From: an uncultured Nitrospiraceae bacterium
GTDB lineage: Bacteria; Nitrospirota; Thermodesulfovibrionia; Thermodesulfovibrionales; Dissulfurispiraceae
DNA length: 64,000 nt
Reading direction: 5' to 3'
Assembly (NCBI GenBank): GCA_963727805.1
Contig: CAVSHF010000003.1
Coordinates: forward strand, 1,056,001-1,120,000
The notes below the pieces were generated by a model, which was given only the letters and a program-made list of their open reading frames with translations, was not told the DNA's origin and did not search any database. The position numbers were made by a program, and so were the translations under genes. Below, one piece after another: positions 20,137-31,324 of this stretch (its first letter is position 1; every line of letters starts with the position of its first letter).

Positions 20137-21354
20137 TCATAAAGGGTAAAGTATGTCGGATATGCTGACCTCATTATCAACAATCTTCTGAGGATCGGCA
20201 TTAAGCGGCATGCCCTTTTTGATCAGATTTATATAGGTCCCTGCATCATCCGGACAATTGAAAAAGGCCATGCCGACAAGGATATTGTCTTTAACCGCCA
20301 GTTTCCGAAATTGTTTTAAATGCGGGAAATTCCTCTCAAATATGGTTGCCCCGGAGCCTTCCGTCATTACGCCTCCGGAGATGAGATGGAATGAATGGGT
20401 CTTGAGACTGTTCATCCCGATGCTTCCCTGATAAGGGACATCTCCACCCAACATATTCAAGGCTGCAAAATAACCCTGCTCAACTGCTACGGGCCAGAGC
20501 GCATTAATCCACGGCAACCGTCGGGCAACATCCATGGTCTCGCAGCAATCCCCCGCCGCATAAACACCCTCTGCCGATGTCTCCAGAAATTCATTGGTCA
20601 TGATTCCAAGGTCAACCTTTATTCCCGCTTTGCGAGCAATCTCGACCCTCGGCTTAACTCCTTTCCCGACGACTACGACATCGCTGACCAGTTCTGCACC
20701 TGATTTAAGTGCAACCACAACCCTATCTTCTTTCATATTAATGTCCGCGATATTGTCTTGCGTACGCACGCCAATGCCGGATTCACGGATCTCTTTTTCG
20801 ATAGATCGCGCAGATTTTTCATCCAATACCAGTGAAAGGGGATAAGGGGATGAAACAATCATCTCGACTTTGACGTTGCGCTCTATCAATCCATAAGCGG
20901 TCTTTATCCCCACAAACCCGCCGCCTAGCACTGTCGCCCTGTCTTTGACATATCGTTCGAGTTTCTTCGCATCACTCATGTAGCGCAGAGTGAAAATCTT
21001 CTTCTCCTCGTCACAATAATTCGGTTTTATAGCGTTGGCGCCTGTAGCGACAAGAACTTTGTCGTAGCTTATTTCCCTGCCGCCCGACATCGTAAGAACC
21101 TTCCTGCTTGCATCTATGGCTTCCACTTTTTCGCCAAAGATGAATTTTACATTGTCAGGATATTTCGCAACGTCCGATATATACATCTGATCTTCACGGA
21201 CAATCCTACCGAGATAATGCGTAAGTGCGCATCTGCAGTATGGAGAGTATTTTTCTTCTGATATAGCGGTTACAATCACCTGAGGGGAGAATTTCAGGAG
21301 GGTATCGAGGCAGGAAAGCCCTGCAGCACTCAGGCCTATGATGACAGCATGCAT
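20137..21354 (-). CDS. FAD/NAD(P)-dependent oxidoreductase (FNOR)
   Basis: IIGLSAAG, ATGA, GGGFVG, YAAGD motifs; first gene of the FNOR-cooF-cooS operon. Confidence 0.9.
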   Translation of the reverse strand: MHAVIIGLSAAGLSCLDTLLKFSPQVIVTAISEEKYSPYCRCALTHYLGRIVREDQMYISDVAKYPDNVKFIFGEKVEAIDASRKVLTMSGGREISYDKVLVATGANAIKPNYCDEEKKIFTLRYMSDAKKLERYVKDRATVLGGGFVGIKTAYGLIERNVKVEMIVSSPYPLSLVLDEKSARSIEKEIRESGIGVRTQDNIADINMKEDRVVVALKSGAELVSDVVVVGKGVKPRVEIARKAGIKVDLGIMTNEFLETSAEGVYAAGDCCETMDVARRLPWINALWPVAVEQGYFAALNMLGGDVPYQGSIGMNSLKTHSFHLISGGVMTEGSGATIFERNFPHLKQFRKLAVKDNILVGMAFFNCPDDAGTYINLIKKGMPLNADPQKIVDNEVSISDILYPL

Positions 21355-21754
21355 ACTACAATCTCCTTTCAATACAAAAGCGTTATGACTTACATACGAA
21401 GGGAATTGATTGCAGAAGCTTTCTCGCGAATCAGAAAGACCGTCGTTATAGTCTTCTTTGTTCTATTTACGGTCATCATTTAGCCCCCCACAATTAAAGT
21501 ATACCGCAGTACAAAGTAAAATTAAAGGCCAGAACACCAGGCACTGATTTGCTGCTATATTTGTGAGGAGTTGATCTGTAAATAAGCACTTTCCTGGTAT
21601 ACCCAGATGTGGTTACTTGAACTGCACAACCAGACTGTTTATTATAGGGCAACCCATGCGATGTGACCGCTCATGTAGGTAAACCAAAAAAAGAGGCAAG
21701 AATAAACCAGCCTTGCCTCTTTGATCATGCTCATACCGCGTTGTTTCTATTTTT

Positions 21755-21867
21755 TGCTATGGGCCCGTCGTCAGCCATACCGAAAGATATAACTGTATCG
21801 ACATCTGGATTCCACATGGCGTTGTGATCGGTGTCAATATACCATGTCCCATTCTGAAATACTCCAC
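21755..21867 (-). pseudogene. Fragment of a surface-protein repeat
   Basis: Minus strand reads GVFQNGTWYIDTDHNAMWNPDVDTVISFGMADDGPIA, resembling GVFRNGxWYLD...FG..GD.P repeats; no start codon. Confidence 0.5.
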
Positions 21868-22202
21868 CCGATACGGCAGTAACATTGAAAATAATGGTGA
21901 CCGTTTCTGCTTATCCTTCACAATTTTAAAGGTGTTTGTTCCGGAAAGCTATGGAGTCAGGCTAACTGATTCATCCCATGTGCAGGTAATGACATGGGAT
22001 ATACAACACACAGCGTTCGACCTGAAACAATAAGCGGCGCAATGGGGCCACGTGTTTGTTTGGCGGGAATAAACAAACAGACAGAGGCATAGATCTGGCG
22101 CCTCCGCCTCTTTGACTTTGTCGTGATTTCAATTATAATAAAAAATACATTACAGCCGCCGCTCTATATAGCGCGGTAGAACATCAATCGGAGGCAAAAG
22201 AC

Positions 22203-22673
22203 ATGTTACCCAGTAAAATATACCTTCTTTCAGTACCTGCCTTCCTGTTAGCCGTGATGCTAGCTTGCGGAATAACAACAAGCGAAGGCGCAGAAAAAGG
22301 TAAGACCAAATGCCAAATGAAATTTCATCTTCACGGCTGGTCAGCTCTATACGAAACGGCCGAAGGAAGCGGGGCCATTACCTGTAGCAATGGGCAATCC
22401 GGCAATATCGTGTTAAAAGTCACGGGCGGCGGTCTTACAGCGGGCAGATACAAACTGCAGGGAAGAGGAGAATTTACTAATGTTTCTAATATTAGCGAGC
22501 TCTACGGTACATATGCCGCAGCTGAAGCCCACGCAGGCGCCGTGCAATCGGCAGACGCACAGGTTGTCTCCAAAGGTGACGTATCTCTGGCTATTACCGC
22601 AAAAGGCAGTGGGTTCAATCTGGGAGTAGGCTTCAGCGCATTCAAGATCGAGGCGGCGACTAAAGGCCATTAA
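22203..22673 (+). CDS. Secreted Gly-rich hypothetical protein
   Basis: RBS GGAGG, signal peptide, two Cys, beta-rich Gly/Ala pattern. Confidence 0.75.
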   Translation: MLPSKIYLLSVPAFLLAVMLACGITTSEGAEKGKTKCQMKFHLHGWSALYETAEGSGAITCSNGQSGNIVLKVTGGGLTAGRYKLQGRGEFTNVSNISELYGTYAAAEAHAGAVQSADAQVVSKGDVSLAITAKGSGFNLGVGFSAFKIEAATKGH

Positions 22674-23011
22674 AATTAATCTAGAAAAGCTGAATTGTTG
22701 ATACGATTGCGAGATAAACCGCCATCAAATCCGGGAAATGGAAGCCTGGTAAGAAGTCAGTAAGCTTTGGGATGGAAGAAATAAAATAACGGCGAGACAG
22801 ATCGTGAAAAGTGTTATTAGCCGATTCGCTCATTCCACTGCAGTACTAATACGATCGCTACAGGAATTAAACGGTTTAATTCATGAAGGAGTGCTGCGAA
22901 AAGACTCTTCTCCAGACCATGAAGCTTTCGCCCATAATATGCATGGCCGTTTTGCCGAGATTTAGTTGGGTGTCGAATGCAGTTTTTAAAAAAGCGAAAG
23001 GAGGCAACAAA

Positions 23012-23434
23012 ATGAAAACATTATTTTTTGGAACGATGCTTTTAGTGTTGATGTTTCTAGTTCCTATGCCAACAATGGCAGGGGTAGCAATAGGTGTTGG
23101 GGTTGCCCTTCCACCACCCATCGTAGTTGAGACACCTCCAGCAGTAGTAGCTCTACCTGCTGCCCCTGGTGTTTACGTTGCTCCTGATGTCGATGTAGAC
23201 CTCTATTTCTGGAATGGATGGTGGTGGCGCCCTTGGGGAGGTCATTGGTATCGTTCACGGTATTACGACCACGGATGGGGTTACTTTAGAAACGTTCCAA
23301 GATTTTATAGCCGTGTAAATCCGGGGTGGAGAGGATATTACAGAAGTCATAATTGGAACGGTCGCCCGTGGAACTATCAGCGGATTCCTCATCATGAATT
23401 TGTACATGGGCATTACGGGCATTACAGGCGTTAA
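23012..23434 (+). CDS. Secreted Pro/Trp/Tyr/Arg-rich protein (WXXGXW-like)
   Basis: RBS AAGGAGG, signal peptide, PPP, YFWNGWWWRPWGGHWYRS. Confidence 0.8.
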   Translation: MKTLFFGTMLLVLMFLVPMPTMAGVAIGVGVALPPPIVVETPPAVVALPAAPGVYVAPDVDVDLYFWNGWWWRPWGGHWYRSRYYDHGWGYFRNVPRFYSRVNPGWRGYYRSHNWNGRPWNYQRIPHHEFVHGHYGHYRR

Positions 23435-23442
23435 TTAAGTTT

Positions 23443-23476
23443 AAGATATCCCGCAGTTTCTGCCGGGGGGTATCTT
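23443..23476 (+). terminator. Hairpin after the stop codon
   Basis: AAGATATCCC...GGGGTATCTT imperfect stem. Confidence 0.4.
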
Positions 23477-23558
23477 GTAGCATCGGGGTGCAGGGGAGTC
23501 GGAGCAAAGCGAAGACACCTGCCGTCTGAAGTGCCATGCTTTTGTCGGAGTTACTTGT

Positions 23559-23680
23559 TGAACACCTCATTCCTCAGCGATGCGGACTAAGGTGTGTTAC
23601 AAGGAAACACTCTCCAAAGCAACCATGAAAGTTATTTAGTGAATCCCCGAAATCCTAGTACTGGTAAAATCGATAGTCAG
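23559..23680 (+). repeat. Dispersed repeat, copy A
   Basis: Shares an identical 21-mer CCTAGTACTGGTAAAATCGAT (23654-23674) with 45094-45114; upstream blocks also align. Confidence 0.7.
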
Positions 23681-24108
23681 TAGGAATTAACCTTCCGTAT
23701 ATGCACCGATTCTAAAATAGGGTTCCTGCCGATTCTGGCGTCTTTCTTCCATACACAAAAGGTTCCAAAAGTCTGTTATTTTACCGATTCTCCCGATAAA
23801 ATGGCCTCTTTGAGCGTGTCAAAGAGACCTTCCGCCTTCTCCTGAACCTGATTATTGGGAAGCCCTGAATTTTCGCGCAAGAGATTTACGATATCAGACT
23901 TGGGCATAGAGAGTTCTAAACTCAGTTGGCTGCTTTTGTCGAGGGGACTGTGATCACTGTCATGAAGCAGCCGTAATATCCCTTCACAGCCTGTAGTTCT
24001 TGTGTTGATATAATGTAATCAATATTGATTTCAAGGGGCTATGTGGTCAAAATGAGAACCTTTAATGCGTTAACAGGTTATATTCACAGATATAGGCAAC
24101 AAGTTCCA

Positions 24109-25305
24109 ATGTCTCTTTTGTCACCGCAATATTTATTATTTCGCAAAACAAAGAAATGTATTTCTCTTGTATGTACTTCTTTAATATCGTTTTTTATTCT
24201 ATCCACAATAAGTGCAAGTCAAGCTTCAGTTTCCGATGTCGTTTTAAATCAGAAAAAAGCCGTTGTCAGTATTTATGTCGGCGGTCAAGACAAAGTGACA
24301 AGCATCGCTGGCAGTGGATTTATCATCGACAGCGATGGGATAGTGGTAACGAATTACCATGTTATTTCTTCGTCAATCAAGAATAATGGAAGTTCTATTT
24401 TAGTTAGGACATACACAAAAGCATATTATGTAATTGAAGACATATTAGCTTTTGATGAGGAGAGTGATCTGGCTATTCTTAAACTTGCAGCTTCCGAGCT
24501 TCCTGCGACCAGGCTTGCAGTCAAATATCAACCGAAGCAAGGAGAACAGATTGTTGTTATCGGGAGTTCCCTTGGATTAGAAACGACTGTGACGAATGGT
24601 ATCATTAGCCGTATCCGAGGCAAGAGCCAGTTGCTTCAAATCACTGCTGCCATTTCACCCGGAAGTAGCGGAAGCCCTGTTTTTAATACCAAGGGAGAAG
24701 TTATAGGAGTGGCAACATTTTTATTAAAGGGTGGTCAAAGCCTTAACTTTGCTGTTCCAGTCTCGTTAGTTCAAGACTTGGTCAAATATCCCCCAAAAAG
24801 AAGAAAATCCGGAGGCAGCGCTCAGACTCATCCATCAACTACAATTGATGACTACAAACCCAAATCCGACCCCACTCAACCTCAAAAAAACACTGCTCAG
24901 CCTCAAACATCCATCCCGTCAGCTTGGTCATTTTTTTCAATGAGTGCTGATAAAGATGCAGCCTTGTTTTATAATCCTAAGTCAGTTCACACATCTGGGA
25001 ATAAAGTAGAACTTATGGTAAAGTGGATTCATCTTCAGAAACAGGGGCCCACGTATTCCAATTCCCAGAAGATTCTTAAACAGGCACTAGGGGAATATAA
25101 TTATACGCTTTCTTATGGTATTGGCTCGTTCACATTCGATTGTGTTAGCCGCATAGGAACCGAAACAAAAGAGATTTACTATAATTCTGAAGGCTCTATA
25201 ATTTTTACATATGTGCCAGCACAACCAGTTTCTAGGTATTTTGCGTCTGACACGATCTACGGCAATTTGATGACGATAGTTTGCACAAAGCTGACCTCCC
25301 CCTGA
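24109..25305 (+). CDS. Trypsin-like (S1C) serine protease with a C-terminal extra domain
   Basis: Catalytic triad TNYHV, DLAIL, GSSGSP; Pro/Gln/Thr linker; no obvious PDZ domain; start uncertain. Confidence 0.85.
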   Translation: MSLLSPQYLLFRKTKKCISLVCTSLISFFILSTISASQASVSDVVLNQKKAVVSIYVGGQDKVTSIAGSGFIIDSDGIVVTNYHVISSSIKNNGSSILVRTYTKAYYVIEDILAFDEESDLAILKLAASELPATRLAVKYQPKQGEQIVVIGSSLGLETTVTNGIISRIRGKSQLLQITAAISPGSSGSPVFNTKGEVIGVATFLLKGGQSLNFAVPVSLVQDLVKYPPKRRKSGGSAQTHPSTTIDDYKPKSDPTQPQKNTAQPQTSIPSAWSFFSMSADKDAALFYNPKSVHTSGNKVELMVKWIHLQKQGPTYSNSQKILKQALGEYNYTLSYGIGSFTFDCVSRIGTETKEIYYNSEGSIIFTYVPAQPVSRYFASDTIYGNLMTIVCTKLTSP

Positions 25306-25790
25306 CTGGCAACAACTTCTTCCTCTGCATCATAAAACGCTAATCAGAGTTTCCTTGCAGAAGAGCAAGACTTAAGATAGCTTGATAATCTCCCACATAA
25401 CCAAACCCACGGCAAAGAACCTCTCAATGTGCTCCGTATCGGAGAGTTCAATGCTGTAAATCTTCTGAGCGATGCGATCAACATACTAGCCTACTATGGT
25501 CTGATTTGATGTTTCGATGTCGCTGGCGATTGAACTGATTTTAGTCATTGCTCCTCCTCTTTCTCCTTGAAAAAGCAGGATTCATAATGACCTTCAGTAG
25601 CCTTAAGAATCAATGAATCTTGTTACGTATAGCACCAAGCAGTCCTCATTTAGGCAACAATAGAGGGAATGAGGCTTTTGCAAAATAATCAGCTATTTCT
25701 CGGATGTGTCAGTCGAAATATCCTGCCTGTTCGGAAGGCGATATTCCGGACAGAGAACCGAGTATCAGCCAAAGCGACTCTCCTATAATG

Positions 25791-27218
25791 TTAGACGGCA
25801 ATCCAAGTTAAATAGGGATACCCTATAACAAGGAATGCGATCAGAAAGATCCCACCAAAGATCAGTCCAAGACGCCAGAAATCTTTACTAGGTATATATC
25901 CGCTTCCATAGTAAATAGGCGACGGACCAGTCGCAAATGGTGTAATTATCCCCATAATGCCGAGAGAATAGCAAAACATCAAAGCGAGCAATCTAATCGG
26001 CATCCCCGGGATAGCCATTGCGGCCGCCAAGAATACAGGCAATAGAGCAGCGACATGTGCCGTTATACTAGCGAACATGTAATGAACGATGAAGAAGATC
26101 GCGACAAAGAGGAGCATAGCCGCAAGAACGGGAATACCTTTCATGGCTCCGGCGGTAAGGACGGCAAACCAGTCTAGGAATTTCACCAATTTGAGGCCAT
26201 CGGCCAAGGTTACGAGTGTGGCAAACCAGGCAAGCACGTTCCAGGCCTGCTTATTGCCTATGACGTCATCCCACGAAATAATGCCTGTCAGAATCATAGC
26301 GCACAGCACAATAAGAGCTGCCATGGTAGCATCGAGATTGAACCAGTCGCCACCGAAAATCCAGAGCGTAAGAGCAGCAATGGCCAAGAGCGCCATAATC
26401 ACCTCTTTGCTGCTTATTTTGCCTAATTTCGATAATTCCTCAGCTGCCCATACAGGCACATCATTGCTGACTTTTACACCCGGTGGATAAATCTTATAGA
26501 TCAGATATGGGGTCACCGCAAAAAGAAACAAGCCGACTGGCAGGAATCCCTTAACCCATTCCGTCCATGAGATGCTTACGGATGCAGTTTTTTTGACAAG
26601 TTCTATAGCTAGAAGATTGGGCGCCAAGGCAGTTAGAAACATGGAGCTTGTTATGCAAGTAGTCGCAAGCGCCGTCCACATAAGATAGGAGCCTATTTTC
26701 CCGGCTGTCTCGCCAGGTTGGGAATCATAAAGTGGGGGTATGTTCTTGATAATCGGGAAGATCGTCCCTCCGCTGCGGGCTGTGTTAGATGGAGTAAATG
26801 GCGCAAGTATCAAGTCGGCCATGGCTATAGCATAACCGAGCCCAAGTGTTTTCTTTCCTAGAGCCCTGACAAGCAGCAGCGCGAGCCGACGTCCCAAGCC
26901 CGTTTTCTCATATCCCTTAGCAAACATAAATGCTATAAAAATAAGCCATACCGTACTATTGCTGAAACCGGAAAGCGCCCATTTCAAGGAGTCGGCAGGC
27001 TTGGGAGTCACGAGAAGCAAAGCACCAGCTACGGTGACGCCGAAAAGTCCCACCGCGGCCGCCGGTATTGGTTCCAAGATCAGGGCTGCGATTGCGGTAC
27101 TGAACACTGCAAAATAGTACCATGCATTCGGCTGCAAGCCCTGGGGTACTGGAATTAGGCAAATGACCACCCCAATCAACAACGGTACGATGAATTTCAA
27201 ATACTGCCTTTTTTCCAT
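25791..27218 (-). CDS. DASS family di/tricarboxylate anion permease (CitT/TtdT-like)
   Basis: TGLGRRLAL, PSNTARSGG, TALAPN, FASITAH motifs; many TM helices. Confidence 0.92.
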   Translation of the reverse strand: MEKRQYLKFIVPLLIGVVICLIPVPQGLQPNAWYYFAVFSTAIAALILEPIPAAAVGLFGVTVAGALLLVTPKPADSLKWALSGFSNSTVWLIFIAFMFAKGYEKTGLGRRLALLLVRALGKKTLGLGYAIAMADLILAPFTPSNTARSGGTIFPIIKNIPPLYDSQPGETAGKIGSYLMWTALATTCITSSMFLTALAPNLLAIELVKKTASVSISWTEWVKGFLPVGLFLFAVTPYLIYKIYPPGVKVSNDVPVWAAEELSKLGKISSKEVIMALLAIAALTLWIFGGDWFNLDATMAALIVLCAMILTGIISWDDVIGNKQAWNVLAWFATLVTLADGLKLVKFLDWFAVLTAGAMKGIPVLAAMLLFVAIFFIVHYMFASITAHVAALLPVFLAAAMAIPGMPIRLLALMFCYSLGIMGIITPFATGPSPIYYGSGYIPSKDFWRLGLIFGGIFLIAFLVIGYPYLTWIAV

Positions 27219-27468
27219 TTTCCCCTCCAATAGTATTTTGAAATCATACCCTCAAAGACAACTTTTAAAGAAATCCCCAATAGCCAAGCAAATTTAGAAC
27301 CAAATCGAAGGATTCCTATGAATAAGCTTAGCAGCATATCCGGGCAGAGTCTACAAATATTTTAGAAGCATGCATAATTCCGAGATACGTATAGAAGAAT
27401 TTGCCGAGAGTATTATGAATACACTGTAGCGAGCAGAAATAAGCAGGGTTCTTTGCAGGTTAGCACCA

Positions 27469-27980
27469 AGACCCTATGATTAAAAAGCAGAAGACAAGCC
27501 CCCCGATCGGGTATGTTGTATCGGGAAAGATTCAACAAACCGACAGAAGGAGGACTATTCATGAATAAGAATCGCAAACTTAATTTTGAGGGTCACAGAT
27601 TTACGTTGGGATGGATGTTCATAGGAATATCTGGAGCATTAGTATTCTTACTGATGCGTTTGAACACAAGACCTTTACGCAGCCTCCTGAGGTAGGCACA
27701 TTGGTGAATTGTCTCAAGCGCATTTTTCTTGGCACAGCATACAAATCGGTTTATGAAGCCGGCTACTGTGGTTTCTGAATTAACGATCGTCTGCAAGAAC
27801 ATGGTATTCCGTGCCTTGTAATCCGGCCGATGTACCTACGAAGGACAACGAGCGAACAAAGAAAACCGACCGAGTGGACTGCCGCAAGCTGGCAAGAAGT
27901 TTCAGAAGCGGAGAGATTGAGGGCATATTTATCCCTTCCCGGCCGAAGGTGGAGGACCGCAGCTTTATCAGAACACGATC
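27469..27980 (+). pseudogene. Degenerate IS110-family transposase 5' remnant, copy 1
   Basis: ATG 27561; frameshifted IYVGMDVH, YEAGYCG, NPADVP, KKTDRVDCRKLA; highly similar to 40704-41165. Confidence 0.8.
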
Positions 27981-28107
27981 ACTTGTGACACATTTTTTCG
28001 GAAATCAACACCTCTGGCAAAATGTCCTCAGTGTTTGATAATTATTGAGAGCGACCTCCGTTGGATGTGATAATTGTATGGCATTCAAAAACTGGAAGGA
28101 GGCCGCT

Positions 28108-29133
28108 ATGACATTTTACTGTGGAATCGATTTGCATACCAAGAAATCCCAACTCTGTATTATTGACAAGGACGGGAAAAAGGTAAAGGAGGGTAATCTC
28201 AACAATGATCTTTCGGTCATTTTTGAATTTCTAGAACCCTTCGGTAGGGATGTACATATTGCGATTGAATGCACCATAAATTGGTATTGGATTGTGGATG
28301 GACTTAAGGACAAGGGCTATGACGTAAGGCTTGCACATACATTGGGTCTGTACATGATAACAGGGGCGAAGGTAAAGACTGACAGAAGAGACGCATTTAA
28401 GTTGGCAAAACTTCTCAGGATGGGTGAACTCCCGGAGGCGTATATTTATCCCAAGGAGAAAAGACCATTGAGAGACCGCTTAAGGAGAAGGGCAGGCCTT
28501 GTTCATGAGCGTGCCGAATGCTATTCGAGCTTGAGGGTACAGTTCATAAAGTATAACCTGAACACCATGAGCGGTAGCGAGTTGAAGAAGCTCTTACCTG
28601 CAGATCTTCATATTATGCCGATCCCTCAGCAAGTGAAGGATTACTGCGTCATGATACTGGAGAGAATCGACCTGCTATCCAACCAGATTGACAAGCTCGA
28701 TACTGGGTTAAAAGACATCACGTTAGAAGATCCCAGATTCAAGCTTCTGTTAACGTTGCCCGGCGTAATGTACGTGCTTGGATTGACGATCTATTACGAG
28801 ATAGGAGACATCAGCAGATTCAGAGATGTCAGGCAGTTTGCATCCTATTGTCGTTTGGTGCCGGGTGTATCTCAGTCCTCCGACACAGTAAAGAGAGGGA
28901 AGGGAAAGAAGCAGGGGAATCATTATTTGAAGTTTGCATTTACCCAAGCCGCCAATATTGCGGTCAGGTATTATCCGAAGCTCAGAAAGTTCAGGGACCA
29001 ACATGCCAACAGAAGGAAGGGCAGTGCGGCTACGATGGTGGCCAACTGCATTCTGGCTCACAAAATAGCCAACGCTACGTTTCATATGTTGAAGGAAGGG
29101 GTCCCTTTTGACGAGGCAAAGCTTTTCGGCTGA
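28108..29133 (+). CDS. IS110-family DEDD transposase/recombinase
   Basis: GIDLH, AIECT, KTDRRDA, LVPGVSQSS, GNHYLK motifs; RBS AAGGAGG. Confidence 0.95.
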   Translation: MTFYCGIDLHTKKSQLCIIDKDGKKVKEGNLNNDLSVIFEFLEPFGRDVHIAIECTINWYWIVDGLKDKGYDVRLAHTLGLYMITGAKVKTDRRDAFKLAKLLRMGELPEAYIYPKEKRPLRDRLRRRAGLVHERAECYSSLRVQFIKYNLNTMSGSELKKLLPADLHIMPIPQQVKDYCVMILERIDLLSNQIDKLDTGLKDITLEDPRFKLLLTLPGVMYVLGLTIYYEIGDISRFRDVRQFASYCRLVPGVSQSSDTVKRGKGKKQGNHYLKFAFTQAANIAVRYYPKLRKFRDQHANRRKGSAATMVANCILAHKIANATFHMLKEGVPFDEAKLFG

Positions 29134-29420
29134 TGGGTGGCGGTAATACCCGCCTGATAAGTGGGCTCATAAGCCCGAGTGTTTGATTGGTAGCCGCCAT
29201 CTGTCTTTAAAAAAATGGAGGTGTTTTGACATTGTCTGCCCTGGCCGGTAGCTCCACGATAACTGATGCTGCCCTGTGCAGACATCGACTGCATTTGCTG
29301 AATGAGGCTGGTCAGGAACCGATAACTTTCTGGTGCCGCAGAGCAAGCTTCATTGCCCTGCAAGGGAGTAATCCCACAGAGCCCGTATGGATGTTTGATG
29401 CAGATAATGGTTCTGCATCG
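29131..29420 (+). ncRNA. Predicted seek/bridge RNA
   Basis: Stem-enclosed loop with CCTGATAA (29153-29160), hairpin GGGCT/AGCCC and AGTGTTTGAT (29178-29187, identical to left flank 28030-28039); ATGGATGT (29387-29394) equals the right end; RNA ends approximate. Confidence 0.7.
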
Positions 29421-29948
29421 TTTTCAGAAAGACGAGACAGATTATTCATGTCAAAGGACTTCTAATGATATACGGTCTTAGGAATAAAAGACTGTCGGCA
29501 TACTTTTTTCTCTTGACACGGTCGCTCTCAATGGATGTTTTCAGGTGGCACCACCATTTCCCATCGACGAGCGCTGGTCTCGCCTTCGGGAAGAAAGCTT
29601 GTGTAATAAACCATATATCTGTGGCGATGACTGTAAATAGTACAGCTCAGTGTTCGCTGCTCATTGTCACCTGAAACCCCACGCGTTTGAGCAATTGAAT
29701 AGCGCGTGAATTTTGATTGTAACGTTTCGTTCCCGCAATTTACGAGGGGTCTTCCTTTCTCTGAACACCATAGGAAGGTCGTCCACATAAATGATGACAA
29801 ATTTTATCAGATCAGCTCACTGATTACCGCATCATGAACTAACTAATTGCTACGACACGAGTGCATGGAACGGTTTACAAGCTGTTCCCAAAAGTGTATA
29901 TTTCTAATAGCAGCCATCCAGAAACGCATCTCATCTCTAGGAGGTTTT

Positions 29949-30305
29949 ATGGATAAAATCCTGACACATTCAAATTTCGGAAGACTTGAAGACTTTATTA
30001 AGATGGCAAAAACAGGTGCGACAGTAAATGCGTCCATCGATCTTCAGAAACGATCCGTGATGCCGAAGATTCACCCTGATGATAATGAGATGAAAGGTGA
30101 ATCGGAAATGTATCTGCTTTCTGCCATTTTTACCTTCAAATACGGCAACGAGGAGAGAAAGGTATCCAAGGTATATCTGCTGGGGTCTGCCGGGGAATCA
30201 GGTGAAGATTCAAGAGTGTATAAGAATATAACCAATGCGCGGCTAAAGGAAGATTATAAAAGGCTAAAAAACGCTAATATATCGATCGAGGAAATATATT
30301 TTTAA
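29949..30305 (+). CDS. Hypothetical protein
   Basis: RBS AGGAGG before ATG 29949; 118 aa. Confidence 0.7.
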   Translation: MDKILTHSNFGRLEDFIKMAKTGATVNASIDLQKRSVMPKIHPDDNEMKGESEMYLLSAIFTFKYGNEERKVSKVYLLGSAGESGEDSRVYKNITNARLKEDYKRLKNANISIEEIYF

Positions 30306-30775
30306 AAACTGTTTCTAAGCAACGGATAATCCTTTAATTCGAGACTTGACCAAATGCAAAAATGATCCGGCGGGAACTTCCATTCACTTTGATCCCTATT
30401 CGTCGGTAAGAGTTTTGAACTTCAGGCATTCTATGAAGCAGTCGCTTTGAACGAAACGATAAATCTAACTGAGTATCAGCGATAAATCAAGCAAGCGTAT
30501 ACTGAATTCGCCCGGCGATACGGGCATATAATAGGACATTACTGCAGGTTCCTTTGCATCGGCGTCGAAACTGAGATCGTTACCATCATCGTTAAGACGC
30601 TTTATTTATCACGATAATCATGGGGGCGCATCTCACGTCCAGTGGAGTATAGAACTGGCGCGCCCGTTTAGGTAGAGGTTCGTATTCTCGGTTTCTCGCC
30701 GTTCCATTTGCGAGTCTCACAGTGGAATGTATTCACATGAGGATGTCACACCGCACATCTAAACAGACAGTATGC

Positions 30776-31324
30776 TCAATCTTCAAATATCATTGCAAAT
30801 TTCCTAGCTTCAACAAGTTTGGAGACGCACTGACTCGAGGGGTAAAAGACGATCACATTCTTTCTTCCGAATTTGATTGCCTCATCTTTGTTTAGTGTAA
30901 AGACATCGATCGTCCTCCCCTTGATCAATCTGCCTGTATCTTCTGCTATCCCCCAACCAAGACCGGAGACAAATACCAACGACCCTAAAGGTATTACCTC
31001 TGGATCCACCGCTACTGTCCTGAGGTGGGACGGAGTTGTCATCGTCTTGGTCTGCCCATATTGTGCCCATTTCCCGCAACTCTGCTTGCTGCTCTCATAA
31101 GCAGTTGCTACGAAAATTTCTTTGACCATGCAAGGCGGGATAAACGCTTCCATGTCCTTTTGGTCCTTCAGCAACAATTGCCGTTCAATTGTCAGCGAGT
31201 GAACATAATACCCTAGGACTGCGAATACTGTAATCGCAGCTATGGCTAACGATATGAGAACCCCTTTAAGCCGTTTAACTCTTCCCTTTTGTCTGATAAT
31301 TTGTCTGCAATAGTGACATTGCAT
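30776..31324 (-). CDS. 3D-domain protein (cell wall related) with a membrane anchor
   Basis: ATAY, VAVDP, IPLGS, AEDTG, IKG, IDVF motifs. Confidence 0.85.
   Translation of the reverse strand: MQCHYCRQIIRQKGRVKRLKGVLISLAIAAITVFAVLGYYVHSLTIERQLLLKDQKDMEAFIPPCMVKEIFVATAYESSKQSCGKWAQYGQTKTMTTPSHLRTVAVDPEVIPLGSLVFVSGLGWGIAEDTGRLIKGRTIDVFTLNKDEAIKFGRKNVIVFYPSSQCVSKLVEARKFAMIFED

Larger units (their letters stand above)
28040..29537 (+). mobile_element. IS110-family (IS1111-type) element
   Basis: Perfect 13-bp subterminal inverted repeats ATTGAGAGCGACC (28044-28056 and 29520-29532); long 3' non-coding region; TTGACA near the right end. Confidence 0.88.

Noticed and set aside
21400..21700. CooA/Fnr site upstream of the CODH operon
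   Set aside because: Only half-site matches were found.
25376..25549. Minus-strand ORF with a strong RBS (MTKISSIASD...)
   Set aside because: It stops after 20 codons and has no recognisable family.
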